Positions 46,185-55,976 of a stretch of DNA of 64,000 nt are shown here, piece by piece. The position numbers were made by a program, and so were the translations under genes. The DNA is taken from assembly GCA_964429815.1 (NCBI GenBank), contig CAYSCM010000003.1, positions 1 through 64,000 on the forward strand, in the 5' to 3' direction. The notes under the pieces are model-generated. The model made no database searches. It saw only the letters and a program-made list of their open reading frames with translations, and was not told the origin of the DNA. The stretch's first letter is position 1. Every line of letters starts with the position of its first letter. The stretch is from an uncultured Candidatus Saccharibacteria bacterium. Lineage in GTDB: Bacteria > Patescibacteriota > Minisyncoccia > Phycocordibacterales > CAYSCM01.

Positions 46185-46463
46185 CTAGTGATGCGCCCCT
46201 CTCATCACCTTTTCCATTTCCTTGAAGAGGCGGATTTCCTCGCCCGGGCTCGGAGTGTTGGAGCTGGTGATCGACGAGCGGTATGCCCGTCGTGTGCGAA
46301 AGCTTATAACTTTTGCCGGAACTGCCCGTCGACGAGCAGTTTTTCTTTTGCGCGCCATGGCAACTCTCCATTCATCTCGTTCTAACATATCATATTTCAA
46401 GGGTTTGTCAATAAGACGCTGTGCAAAACTCGCCTTAATTGCTAGAATTTCGAGCGATGACAC
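46185..46463 (-). CDS. possible small basic protein (hypothetical) antisense-oriented between scpA and scpB
   Basis: 92-codon - strand ORF ending in a K/R-rich tail. A stem-loop plus T-tract (AGGGGCGC...GCGCCCCTTTTCGTTT on the - strand) lies immediately after its stop. Overlaps the scpB start by a few nt. May be spurious. Confidence 0.3.
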   Translation of the reverse strand: MSSLEILAIKASFAQRLIDKPLKYDMLERDEWRVAMARKRKTARRRAVPAKVISFRTRRAYRSSITSSNTPSPGEEIRLFKEMEKVMRGAHH

Positions 46464-47026
46464 TCGAGGCGAAAATCGAGGCTGTGTTGTTTTTCAAGGG
46501 GGGACCCGTTTCTCGGGTTTTTTTGGCAAGACAACTTTCCACAGACCTATCGGCGATAGATGCCGCAGTTGAGGCCCTTGTAGCTTCTCTGAAAGGACGC
46601 GGGATATTGCTTGTGCGCAAGGACGACGAAATCGAACTGCGCACTGCCCCGGGAGCGAGCGCCCTCATCGAAAAAATACAGCGAGAGGAGCTTGAGCGTG
46701 ATTTGTCGAAAGCTTCTCTCGAGACGCTCTCTATCATCCTTTACCGCAGCCCCATCACGCGAGCCGATATTGATTTTATTCGCGGCGTTAATTCGACGTT
46801 CATTCTCCGTTCGCTCCTGGTGCGCGGTCTTATTGAGCGTGTATCCGATCCTAAGGATGAGCGAAAATTTTTATACCGTCCGACCTTTGACCTTCTCTCA
46901 CATCTCGGCATATCGAGCGTACAGGACCTCCCTGAGTATCAAGCCGTCATATCTGAGTTCGAAAATTTCGAGGCAAAAGCTCAGGCGCTTAATTCTGCAC
47001 ACGATGAGAGTGAAGAAGATAAATAA
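46457..47026 (+). CDS. scpB: segregation and condensation protein B
   Basis: Start MTLEAKIEAVLFF. Two winged-helix ScpB repeats (LETLSIILYRSPITRADIDFIRGVN). Confidence 0.85.
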   Translation: MTLEAKIEAVLFFKGGPVSRVFLARQLSTDLSAIDAAVEALVASLKGRGILLVRKDDEIELRTAPGASALIEKIQREELERDLSKASLETLSIILYRSPITRADIDFIRGVNSTFILRSLLVRGLIERVSDPKDERKFLYRPTFDLLSHLGISSVQDLPEYQAVISEFENFEAKAQALNSAHDESEEDK

Positions 47027-47954
47027 TGTATCGATAGTGACCGTCTCGTTTGTCGTCCTAGGTATGCTCCTGTTTAGTTTCGCATTCATTCATGTGCGGA
47101 TAACAATGCCCGCCCGTCCGGCTCATTCCGATGGTGCATCGGTTACAGCTCCGCAAGCAACCTCCACATCGATGCTCGGTAATGTCGATATAGATGCAAA
47201 GGCGGCGTACGTTTTCGATCTCCAAAGCGGGATGGTTTTGTACGCAAAGAATGAAACGGCCCAATTGCCCCTCGCATCGCTCACCAAGCTCATGAGCTCC
47301 TTGGTCGTTTCTTCGATGCTCTCACCACAGGCGCTCACATCGATTTCTCACCAAAATGTTTCCTTAGAAGGAGGATACGGCCTTAAGGAAGGAGAAGCCT
47401 ATCGCGTCCGCGATCTTCTTTCGTACTCCCTCACTGCTTCATCGAATAGCGCCATGCAGGCGCTCGCCAACGCGGCGCTTTCGCAGCAGCATGACGCTCA
47501 AATGTTTATCGATCTTATGAACGCGCGCGCGAAGAAATTAGGCCTCGCGCAGACATACTTTATGAATGAAACCGGCCTCGACCCTAGCGCGACCGTGAGC
47601 GGCGGCTATGGTTCAGCCCGTGATATCGCTCTTCTTCTCTCGGATATTCTGCTTCACAACGGAGCGCTCCTTGAGTCGACGACCAAGGAAACAGTGACTA
47701 TCGAGGGCAATGCCGCCGGAACCCCGGTCTCGCACACCGCAAAAAACACTGATGAGGTGCTCGGCGCTATCCCAGGGCTTATCGGGGGGAAGACCGGCTA
47801 TACCGATCTTGCGGGCGGCAACCTCGCTGTTGCGTTCGATGTTGGGCTTCATCATCCGGTGGTAGCAGTGGTGCTAGGCTCGTCCCAAGATGGGCGTTTT
47901 ACGGACATGCTTAAAATAGTTCAGTCGATCAACGCCTACATTTCTCACAATTAG
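47004..47954 (+). CDS. D-alanyl-D-alanine carboxypeptidase (PBP5/DacA-like, peptidase S11)
   Basis: Start MRVKKIN (the track ORF 46611.. is an upstream extension). Signal anchor. SxxK (ASLTKLM), SxN (SSN), KTG (GKTGYT) motifs. Confidence 0.85.
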   Translation: MRVKKINNVSIVTVSFVVLGMLLFSFAFIHVRITMPARPAHSDGASVTAPQATSTSMLGNVDIDAKAAYVFDLQSGMVLYAKNETAQLPLASLTKLMSSLVVSSMLSPQALTSISHQNVSLEGGYGLKEGEAYRVRDLLSYSLTASSNSAMQALANAALSQQHDAQMFIDLMNARAKKLGLAQTYFMNETGLDPSATVSGGYGSARDIALLLSDILLHNGALLESTTKETVTIEGNAAGTPVSHTAKNTDEVLGAIPGLIGGKTGYTDLAGGNLAVAFDVGLHHPVVAVVLGSSQDGRFTDMLKIVQSINAYISHN

Positions 47955-47956
47955 CC

Positions 47957-49045
47957 ATGTTCCAACTCGCCGATATCGTCAAAGTCATTACCCCGACCGC
48001 ACTTGCGTTCTTTATCGGAGTAAGCCTCACGCCGCTTCTTACGCACTATCTCTATAAGCACAAGGCGTGGAAAAAAAAGGCAGGAAAGCTTGCGATCGAC
48101 GGCACGGTCGCAGCCGTCTTCAGTGAGCTTCACAAGGACAAGGAGGTCGGGACGCCGCGAATGGGCGGCATTGTCGTGTGGGGAAGTGCCGTCATCGTCA
48201 TTGTCGGTTTCTATCTTCTAGCTATCGCGTTTCCTTCGACAAGTTTTACCAAACTGAGTTTTCTGAGCCGAAACCAGACGTGGCTGCCGCTTTTCAGCCT
48301 TATTTCCGGAGCCCTTGTTGGTTTTATCGACGATCTTCTCGAAATACGAGGGAGTCGTGACTATCGCGCTGGAGGGCTTTCGTTGCGCAAACGGCTTCTC
48401 ATTGTGGGTGCGATTTCTGCCGGGGTCGGCTGGTGGCTCTACATTAAACTCGGCATTGCGACGCTAGCGCTCCCATTCCTTCCGGACGTGCACGTCGGCG
48501 CTTTTATAGTCCCTGTGTACATGTTCGTCGCCCTTTCGATTTACAGCAGTGGAATAATAGACGGCATCGATGGACTTTCCGCTGGAGTTTTTGCGGCTAT
48601 CTTTTCCGCCTATGCCGGTATCGCGTTTTTCAATAATCAGCTTGATCTTGCGGCTTTTTCGGCCATGTTGGTCGGATCACTTCTCGCTTTCTTGTGGTTT
48701 AACATTCCGCCTGCGCGCTTCTATATGACCGAAACCGGCATGATGGCTCTTACGCTTACCCTTGCGACCATTGCGTTCCTCACGGACACCCTTGGCGGCG
48801 GGGTGGGGGTAGCAGTCCTTCCCATCATCGGATTTCCCCTCGTCGTCACCGTGTTGTCGGTGGTACTTCAAATGGCATCGAAAAAGTTTCGCGGAAAAAA
48901 ACTATTCCTCGTTTCTCCCATTCACCATCACTTTGAGGCCATCGGCTGGCCTTCCCACAAGGTGACCATGCGTTATTGGGTCATCTCCATTATTTTCGCG
49001 TTTCTCGGGATGGTGCTCTCTCTTATTGGCAAGCCGCTCCTATGA
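47957..49045 (+). CDS. mraY: phospho-N-acetylmuramoyl-pentapeptide transferase
   Basis: 10-TM protein with conserved GTPRMGGI and the DD/HHH motifs of the MraY/WecA family (FIDDLL, PIHHHF). Confidence 0.95.
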   Translation: MFQLADIVKVITPTALAFFIGVSLTPLLTHYLYKHKAWKKKAGKLAIDGTVAAVFSELHKDKEVGTPRMGGIVVWGSAVIVIVGFYLLAIAFPSTSFTKLSFLSRNQTWLPLFSLISGALVGFIDDLLEIRGSRDYRAGGLSLRKRLLIVGAISAGVGWWLYIKLGIATLALPFLPDVHVGAFIVPVYMFVALSIYSSGIIDGIDGLSAGVFAAIFSAYAGIAFFNNQLDLAAFSAMLVGSLLAFLWFNIPPARFYMTETGMMALTLTLATIAFLTDTLGGGVGVAVLPIIGFPLVVTVLSVVLQMASKKFRGKKLFLVSPIHHHFEAIGWPSHKVTMRYWVISIIFAFLGMVLSLIGKPLL

Positions 49046-50136
49046 CGAAGCGTCTCGACACGACGTTTCTTCTTACAACGATCGTCCTTCTTACCGGGGG
49101 GTTTTTTATTTTTATGTCCGCTTCGCTAGGTCTTCTGACACGCGATGGCGCAAGCTTTTCTTCCGTCGCCGCGAGCCAAATCCTGCTCGGTGCAGGCGTG
49201 GGCGCGCTGGGGATGTTCGGGCTTTCTCGCATTCATTACAAGAATTTTAGGCGATTTGCGCTGCCGTTTTTCATCGTTGCCTGTCTAATCTCTGTTCTCG
49301 TGTTCGTGCCGGGGATCGGTGCAAAATTCGGCGGTGCACACTCCTGGATACTCCTTGGCCCCATCTCGTTCCAACCGGCAGAACTTTTAAAGTTTGCCTA
49401 CATTGTCGTTCTTTCCGCGTTCCTTGCTAATCCCGACAGAGGCCAGCGAGAGCAGTTTTATAAATTCGCGATCTTCAGCGGTATAACCCTAGTCGCAATA
49501 CTCCTCCTTGCCCTTGAGCCAAACATCGGGACCGCCATGGTGTTGGCGCTCGCGGGAGTTTCGGTACTTTTTGCATCGGGTGCCAGCATGCGCTACATCG
49601 CGCTTATGGGAATCACCGTCATTACTATTCTCATTGTGTACGTTTCTATATTTTCCCATGCGTTTGCGCGCATAAAGACCTACCTTGACCCATCCGCCGA
49701 TCCTCAAGGTTCCGGATATCAGATACAGCAGGCGCTTATCGCCGTTGGTTCCGGAGAGCTCTTTGGTCGAGGATTCGGACAGAGCTTGCAAAAATTCAAC
49801 CACCTGCCGGAGCCGATAGGGGACTCTATATTCGCGGTATTCGCGGAAGAATTTGGATTTGTCGGCTCTTTGGTACTTTTGGTGCTGTTTGTTCTTTTTG
49901 CACTTCGCGGTTTTCGCATTGCGGCACGCGCTCCCGATCGCTTTGGGGCCCTTCTGGTGGTTGGATTCATTTCTCTTATACTCGTGCAATCGCTTACCAA
50001 TATTGCGGCGGTGCTTGGGGTGCTTCCACTCACCGGGCTTCCGCTTATTTTCATAAGCCACGGCGGTTCGGCGCTCCTCTTCGCGCTTCTTGAGGTAGGT
50101 GTTATACTCTCAGTTTCCCGTTTTGCCAAGGTTTAA
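49042..50136 (+). CDS. ftsW: SEDS-family peptidoglycan glycosyltransferase FtsW/RodA
   Basis: Start MTKRLDTTFLL overlapping the mraY stop (ATGA). Conserved PAELLKFAYIV, GYQIQQALIA..GSG, and the PLTG.PLPFISHGGSA C-terminal motif. Confidence 0.9.
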   Translation: MTKRLDTTFLLTTIVLLTGGFFIFMSASLGLLTRDGASFSSVAASQILLGAGVGALGMFGLSRIHYKNFRRFALPFFIVACLISVLVFVPGIGAKFGGAHSWILLGPISFQPAELLKFAYIVVLSAFLANPDRGQREQFYKFAIFSGITLVAILLLALEPNIGTAMVLALAGVSVLFASGASMRYIALMGITVITILIVYVSIFSHAFARIKTYLDPSADPQGSGYQIQQALIAVGSGELFGRGFGQSLQKFNHLPEPIGDSIFAVFAEEFGFVGSLVLLVLFVLFALRGFRIAARAPDRFGALLVVGFISLILVQSLTNIAAVLGVLPLTGLPLIFISHGGSALLFALLEVGVILSVSRFAKV

Positions 50137-50171
50137 GCCCTGAAACCCGCAATTGGTGCTATACTTTTTGC

Positions 50172-51302
50172 ATGAAGATAGTGCTTACGGGCGGAGGAAC
50201 GGGGGGGCACTTTTATCCTCTGATAGCGGTCGCTGAGGAGATAAATCGCATCGCCACGGAGCGGAAAATCCTCCCTCCACAGCTTTACTACATCGCCCCA
50301 ACTCCCTACGATGAGCGGCTCCTGTTCGAGAACAACATAGAATTTCGTCACTCGCCGGCAGGGAAACTGCGCCGCTACTTCTCTTTCCTCAACGTCATCG
50401 ACCTCGTGAAGACTCTCATCGGGGTCAGTAAAGCTCTCCTGCAGCTTTTTTCCATATTTCCGGACGTCATTTTCAGCAAAGGCGGCTACAGCAGTTTTCC
50501 CACAGTGACCGCTGGACATATACTTGGCATTCCTGTTGTCGTTCACGAGTCCGATGCAAAGCCAGGTCGAGCCAACCTTCTGGCCGGAAAACGTGCACAG
50601 TCAATTGCCCTCTCTTATCCCGAAGCCGCAGACTATTTTCCGAAAGACAAAATTGCATTGGTTGGCAATCCGGTGCGCAGAGCTTTGCGCACACCGCTCA
50701 CCGAAGGGGCCCGAGAATTTTTAAAACTTGAGGAACAAGCGCCCGTCATACTCATTCTTGGAGGCTCGCAGGGAGCATCGCGAATAAACGACATCATTTT
50801 AGAAGCCTTGCCGGAGCTGGTACAAAGATTTCAGGTGATTCATCAGACAGGTGAGGCTCTCTTTGAATCTGTGTCGCAAACAGCTTCCGTCATTCTTGAT
50901 AAAAACTCTAATGCGTCCCGGTATCATTTGTTTGCGTACCTTAACGAACTAGCATTGCGTATGAGCGGGGGTGTCGCGTCGCTCATCATCACCCGCGCCG
51001 GTTCCGGGAGCCTTTTCGAGATAGCGGGATGGGGGAAGCCCTCCATCGTTATTCCCATCCCAGAGGAGGTGAGCCATGATCAGCGTAGCAACGCGTATTC
51101 ATACGCCAGGAACGGAGCGGCGACCGTGATCGAAGAGAAAAACCTGGCACCCCACCTTCTTCTTTCCGAAATAAACCGCATCATGGATGATGCGAAACTC
51201 CAGAAGGACATGGGTGAAGCCGCTCTTGCGTTTGCACGCCCTGACGCAGCGACCAAGATTGCTGAAGAACTTATACGCATTGCGCTTTTGCATGAGAGAT
51301 AA
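50172..51302 (+). CDS. murG: undecaprenyldiphospho-muramoylpentapeptide beta-N-acetylglucosaminyltransferase
   Basis: GGGTGGHFYP N-terminal motif and C-terminal GT-B domain (ITRAGSGSLFEI). Confidence 0.9.
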   Translation: MKIVLTGGGTGGHFYPLIAVAEEINRIATERKILPPQLYYIAPTPYDERLLFENNIEFRHSPAGKLRRYFSFLNVIDLVKTLIGVSKALLQLFSIFPDVIFSKGGYSSFPTVTAGHILGIPVVVHESDAKPGRANLLAGKRAQSIALSYPEAADYFPKDKIALVGNPVRRALRTPLTEGAREFLKLEEQAPVILILGGSQGASRINDIILEALPELVQRFQVIHQTGEALFESVSQTASVILDKNSNASRYHLFAYLNELALRMSGGVASLIITRAGSGSLFEIAGWGKPSIVIPIPEEVSHDQRSNAYSYARNGAATVIEEKNLAPHLLLSEINRIMDDAKLQKDMGEAALAFARPDAATKIAEELIRIALLHER

Positions 51303-51307
51303 TCATT

Positions 51308-52657
51308 ATGTTCGGAATTTTCGGAGACAGAAGGAAAGACGTAGTCACCCGATACGCACCCAGCCCTACCGGTAAACAGCACGTGGGTGGCATTCGAACG
51401 GCGCTCTACAACTACCTCTACGCCCGCCAGCATGGTGGTACCTACATCTTACGCTCCGAGGACACAGACAAGGCGCGTTCGAACAAAGAATACGAGGATT
51501 ATTTTTTAGAGCTCTTTTCCTGGCTTGGACTCGAGCATGACGCTTTTTATCGCCAATCAGACCGAACGGCAATCTACGCACGACATCTCGATGCGCTTAT
51601 CAAAAAGGGGAGCGCCTACGTCTCCTTTGAAGAGCCTCGGGAGCCGAAAGGTCGAGCGCGCGTGATTCGTTTCAAAAATCCAAGTAAGAAAATAACTTTT
51701 GTGGACGTGGTGTTGGGGGAGGTCACGTTCGATACTACCGAACTCGGTGATTTTGTAATAGCGCGGAGTTTTGAGGAGCCACTTTATCATTTTACAGTCG
51801 TCGTCGATGATTTTGAGATGGGCGTTACCCACGTTATCCGCGGCCAGGAACACCTTTCTAACACTCCTCGCCAAATTCTCCTTCAGGAGGCCATCGGGGC
51901 AGGGCGCCCCGTCTACGCTCATGCGTCTGTCATTCTCAATGAAGAACGGGAAAAAATGAGCAAGCGCGATCCTCTGGTGCGCCCTGCGCTTGAATACCGG
52001 GATGAAGGCTACCTTCCTGAGGCGCTTCTCAATTTTATGGCTTTTCTCGGCTGGAACCCGGGTGGAGAGAGGGAAGTGATGAGCCTTACCGATCTCGTAA
52101 GGGCTTTTAGCTTGGAGCGTCTTCACAAGCACGGAGCCGTTTTCAATCCTGAGAAGCTTTTGTGGTTCAATCGTGAACATATGCTGCGACTTTCCGACCA
52201 AGAGTTTGATGCCGCTCTGGTGCCATTTCTCGACGCTCATTCATTTGAACTTTCACGCTATCGAAAACTCATTCGCGAACGTTCCTCGACGTTCAAGGAA
52301 GCCGCGGATTTTCTTCGTTCCGGAGAATTTTCATACTTAGTTGAGCGTCCTACGGTAGAGGCAGCAAAGCTTCCTTGGAAAAACGACGGCGCTTCGGTCG
52401 TACGGAAGCATTTGGATGTTGTGCTGTCCATGGTAATAGCACTCGATGCGCGTCCGACTGTAGATCGGGCGAAGTCCCTCATCTTCCCGTACGCCGATAG
52501 AGAGGGGAGGGGGAGCGTGCTATGGCCACTTCGATATGCGCTGTCCGGCCGGGAAAAATCCCCGGACCCCTTTGAGCTTATTGCCCTGCTTGGCCGTGAC
52601 GAGTCCCGAGCGCGCATTGAGCTAGCGCTAACAGCGCTTGCGGCACCTACGAAATGA
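51308..52657 (+). CDS. gltX: glutamyl-tRNA synthetase
   Basis: TRYAPSPTGKQHVGG (HIGH-class), RSEDTD, KMSKR. No Zn-binding Cys cluster. Confidence 0.9.
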   Translation: MFGIFGDRRKDVVTRYAPSPTGKQHVGGIRTALYNYLYARQHGGTYILRSEDTDKARSNKEYEDYFLELFSWLGLEHDAFYRQSDRTAIYARHLDALIKKGSAYVSFEEPREPKGRARVIRFKNPSKKITFVDVVLGEVTFDTTELGDFVIARSFEEPLYHFTVVVDDFEMGVTHVIRGQEHLSNTPRQILLQEAIGAGRPVYAHASVILNEEREKMSKRDPLVRPALEYRDEGYLPEALLNFMAFLGWNPGGEREVMSLTDLVRAFSLERLHKHGAVFNPEKLLWFNREHMLRLSDQEFDAALVPFLDAHSFELSRYRKLIRERSSTFKEAADFLRSGEFSYLVERPTVEAAKLPWKNDGASVVRKHLDVVLSMVIALDARPTVDRAKSLIFPYADREGRGSVLWPLRYALSGREKSPDPFELIALLGRDESRARIELALTALAAPTK

Positions 52658-53931
52658 TGCGCTTGCGGCCAGTCTTTTTATTCCTTGCCCTGACCGTTTT
52701 TTTCGTTGCTGCTCCGGCCCTGCGGGCGCAGGATACCGATGCCCTTCAAAAGCAAATTGATGAGCACAACGCCCAAATTCAAGCCCTCGAGCAAGAAATA
52801 TCGGGATATCAGCAACAATTGGATGCGACCACGAAGGACCGCCAAACACTTCAAGGCGCCATAAAACAACTCGACCTAAGCAGACAGAAGCTTTCTGCTT
52901 CAATCACGGTGACCCAAAACAAAATAGATACCGACGATCTCGAGATACGCCAGCTGGCACTTCAAATCACAGATAAGAGCTCGCGTATTTCAGCCAACAG
53001 TGCCGCGATCGCAGAAGGACTTCGAGAAGTACAAGAAATCGACGGGGGGAGCCTTCTGGAGCAGATTCTTGATTCGCAAAAACTTTCGGACCTGTGGGAC
53101 CACGTGTCGACGCTCTCCACGTTTCAAGGAGCAGTTCGTGCCAAGACAGAGGAACTCAAGGCCCTCAAGAGCGATCTCGAGGATACAAAGCATCGCACCG
53201 AGGGGAAACGTGCGGAACTTATCGTGCTGCGCGCCCAGCTAGCCGATCAGCGCAGAGCGCTCGACGCCAACCGGGCCGATAAAAACAAGCTCCTCGCTGA
53301 GACCAAAAACAAGGAATCAGAATATCAAAAGCTCATCGCACAGAAGCAGACTCTAAAAGCACAATTTGAAGCCGAACTCTCCAGTATTGAATCGAAGCTC
53401 AAACAAACCGTCGACCCTGCTTCGCTGCCACGCTACGGTTCGGGGGTTCTTTCATGGCCGCTCGATAAAGTGCGTATAACACAGTATTTCGGCAATACGC
53501 CCTTTGCCACCGCTAACCCGCAAGTGTATGGAGGAAAAGGGCATAACGGCATCGACCTTGGAGCTCCACCGGGCACGCTTGTCAAAGCTGCCCTTTCGGG
53601 AACCGTGCTCGGCACGGGAGATACTGACCTTACATGTCCCAATGCTTCCTACGGTCGCTGGATCCTCATACGCCACAATAATGGCCTTACTACTCTCTAT
53701 GCACACCTTTCCGTTATTACCGCCGCGGCCGGCCAGTCCGTCGCAACGGGACAGATAATCGGTTACTCAGGAAGCACGGGATACGCTACCGGACCGCACC
53801 TTCACTTCACTGTCTACGCTTCTGACGTCGTCACTATAAGCACCTTCCCCAGCACGAGCTGTAAAGGACGCGTGTACACCATGCCGATCTCCCCCGCGGA
53901 CGGTTACCTTAATCCGCTCTCCTATCTATAG
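52654..53931 (+). CDS. peptidase M23 family murein endopeptidase with N-terminal coiled-coil (EnvC-like)
   Basis: Signal peptide, about 250-aa coiled-coil. C-terminal LytM/M23 domain with HNGIDL, HLHFTV zinc ligands. Confidence 0.85.
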   Translation: MMRLRPVFLFLALTVFFVAAPALRAQDTDALQKQIDEHNAQIQALEQEISGYQQQLDATTKDRQTLQGAIKQLDLSRQKLSASITVTQNKIDTDDLEIRQLALQITDKSSRISANSAAIAEGLREVQEIDGGSLLEQILDSQKLSDLWDHVSTLSTFQGAVRAKTEELKALKSDLEDTKHRTEGKRAELIVLRAQLADQRRALDANRADKNKLLAETKNKESEYQKLIAQKQTLKAQFEAELSSIESKLKQTVDPASLPRYGSGVLSWPLDKVRITQYFGNTPFATANPQVYGGKGHNGIDLGAPPGTLVKAALSGTVLGTGDTDLTCPNASYGRWILIRHNNGLTTLYAHLSVITAAAGQSVATGQIIGYSGSTGYATGPHLHFTVYASDVVTISTFPSTSCKGRVYTMPISPADGYLNPLSYL

Positions 53932-54025
53932 CGTAGCACTGTGCGTATCACGCTCGCTCAGAGTTCCTGGAGCGCTACAATAGGGGAGAGGTCGATTTTA
54001 TACGCCAACGATACTTCCTTTAGAT

Positions 54026-54244
54026 ATGATGAAAGGACACAGAGGTCTTCACATGGTGACGTTCACACTCGTCATCATCGGCGCCCTCAACTGGGGTGTG
54101 TATGCGCTTACCGGTTGGGAAATCGGCCAGATCTTCGGAGGCATGAACGCCTCGGTCTCGCAGATCATCTACATCCTCGTCGGGCTATCCGCCGTCTATG
54201 AGGTGTTGATGCACAAGAAGCATTGCCGGATGTGCAATCCATAG
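54026..54244 (+). CDS. DUF378 family small membrane protein
   Basis: Conserved IGALNWG motif, two TM, ends in CRMC, 72 aa. Confidence 0.7.
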   Translation: MMKGHRGLHMVTFTLVIIGALNWGVYALTGWEIGQIFGGMNASVSQIIYILVGLSAVYEVLMHKKHCRMCNP

Positions 54245-54417
54245 ACTTTTCTCAAAAAATCCCGGAGCGTTGGCCTGGGATTTTTTGTTGGCACCCCCGG
54301 TGCGTCCGGTTCCCCGGCTCTTGATAGTAAGCGTCGCAAAAGATATATTGTGCGACGCTTATCTATTTTCTCACGAACCTGTGAGGCTGCATCTGGAATA
54401 CCCTGCCCTATACATCC

Positions 54418-54475
54418 TTATGTCTCTCTACCCGCAAACACAAAAAGCGCCGATGGGGGCGCTTTTTGTGTTTGC
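54418..54475. terminator. long bidirectional hairpin terminator
   Basis: CCGCAAACACAAAAAGCGCC-GATGGG-GGCGCTTTTTGTGTTTGCGG (about 20-bp stem) between convergent genes. Confidence 0.8.
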
Positions 54476-54480
54476 GGAGC

Positions 54481-55044
54481 TTACCTGGCGGCAACTTCCG
54501 CTTTGGGACCCCAACATTTCTTGGATGAGACCCATGGATCGGAACCTTGCTTCTCGTAGAGCCTTCGGGCGTATACGAGATTGTCCGTAAGCTTTTCAAG
54601 ATCCAAACCGAGCTTGGTGGCTATGTCTTTGTGGTATCGCTCGTTGATCTGCATGACACCAACGTCGTTTGAGTCTATTTCGCCTCGAATAACGAGGCCA
54701 TTTTTATCGTACTGGCGCATGTGCGATTCGCATCGCGCGATGTCGACCATGATCGGTATATCCGTGAAGTAGGCCTCGACGAGTTGCTCGACGCCCACAT
54801 TAGAAGCCGTCGCGCCCGGAGCGACCGTCGCTTGCGCGATGGCCGCGCTTGAGTTCCCGAGTGACCCCGAGAGCGCGATGGCGATAATTGCAAGAATGAT
54901 AAGCCTTTTCTCTAGTGTTCTAAGTTCCCTCCAGATTCCAGCGACTAAATCGGATTCTGGCGCGATCAGGTGCCTGATCGATTTGGAGCTCAGACGCTTT
55001 AAGCGTCGGCTAAACAAAAATCCCGCGCACGCGAGATTGCGCAA
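54481..55044 (-). CDS. lytic transglycosylase domain protein (SLT-like)
   Basis: Signal/TM anchor. Catalytic E in ARCESH and the GVMQIN motif characteristic of family-1 lytic transglycosylases. Confidence 0.75.
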   Translation of the reverse strand: MRNLACAGFLFSRRLKRLSSKSIRHLIAPESDLVAGIWRELRTLEKRLIILAIIAIALSGSLGNSSAAIAQATVAPGATASNVGVEQLVEAYFTDIPIMVDIARCESHMRQYDKNGLVIRGEIDSNDVGVMQINERYHKDIATKLGLDLEKLTDNLVYARRLYEKQGSDPWVSSKKCWGPKAEVAAR

Positions 55045-55200
55045 ATACTAGCATGGAATTATCTTGCTGTCAATACAGCCCAATGAATTTTAGGGTATGT
55101 CAAATACCTTAAAAGGGCTCTGTATAGGCGTTAACTTCCTAATCTTCATAATTCATCTTGCGCGGCTAGCGCCGCCTTCATCGCCCCTCCATATCTTCTG

Positions 55201-55271
55201 TCGGGCTGCCGGGAATTGAACCCGGGTCACATCCACCCCATGGATGCATACTACCGTTGTACTACAGCCCG
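55201..55271 (-). tRNA. tRNA-Pro (anticodon GGG)
   Basis: Reverse complement CGGGCTGTAGTACAACGGTAGTATGCATCCATGGGGTGGATGTGACCCGGGTTCAATTCCCGGCAGCCCGA. Anticodon loop ATGGGGT. Near-identical body to the tRNA-Pro at 1361. Confidence 0.85.
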
Positions 55272-55368
55272 TTATCTAAAACCGTGCCATTGTATGTCAG
55301 CTCTTACTTCCCCGCTAGCGGTAAGTGAGGGAAGTATATTTCGGTACTTTTAACTCTTCCGTGGCGCC

Positions 55369-55959
55369 TCACACGAGCCATGGGATATCGAACTGCACAA
55401 ATTCTGGTAGCAACTTTTTATCGTACAGGAGTCTCGAAATGACTTCGGCGTGCGATAGCGCTCCGGTAAGAGCATTGTGTGGTGAGGGTTCCGCCGGAAT
55501 GCCCACATAGTTTAGGACCGTATCGAGGTCAAGCGCGCTGCGTCGATTCACGCTCGGAATATTGAGGTTTCGCTTTATCATGTGCATGTAGCAGAGAGTG
55601 TGGGTGTCTACGGTGCGGTAGGCATAGGGCCATTCGATATGCATCCGTCCCGCTGCAGCCTTAAGAAAGTCGCGATCAAAAGAGACGTTCTGGCCGGCAA
55701 GCGTATGTTCGGTCGTCTCGTTTCCCCAGGCGATAAAAGCTTTGATAAGTTCTCCTTCGGGCTTCTTAGCAAGATCGGTTATTTCCTCTCTGGAAAAGCC
55801 GTTGACCTCAAGGGCCTCTGGCATAACGTGCGCTCCGTCCCAAATCCTGCACTCGTCGTAAAACTGATTCGTCGGGTCGTCAAAATCAAGCGCTCCTACG
55901 GAGACGATGGAGTGCTTGTGGTATTCCGTGCCGGACGCTTCGACATCGACAACTATCAT
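55369..55959 (-). CDS. DEDDh-family 3'-5' exonuclease (DnaQ/RNase T-like)
   Basis: Exo I VVDVEASG, Exo II D in FDRDFL, Exo III HNALTGALSHAE (H-x4-D type). Confidence 0.85.
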   Translation of the reverse strand: MIVVDVEASGTEYHKHSIVSVGALDFDDPTNQFYDECRIWDGAHVMPEALEVNGFSREEITDLAKKPEGELIKAFIAWGNETTEHTLAGQNVSFDRDFLKAAAGRMHIEWPYAYRTVDTHTLCYMHMIKRNLNIPSVNRRSALDLDTVLNYVGIPAEPSPHNALTGALSHAEVISRLLYDKKLLPEFVQFDIPWLV

Positions 55960-55976
55960 GTGCTCCAGTATCGCAA

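Noticed and set aside
46222-46572. 116-aa + strand ORF
   Set aside because: It overlaps the scpB N-terminus in another frame, is R-rich and has no signals.
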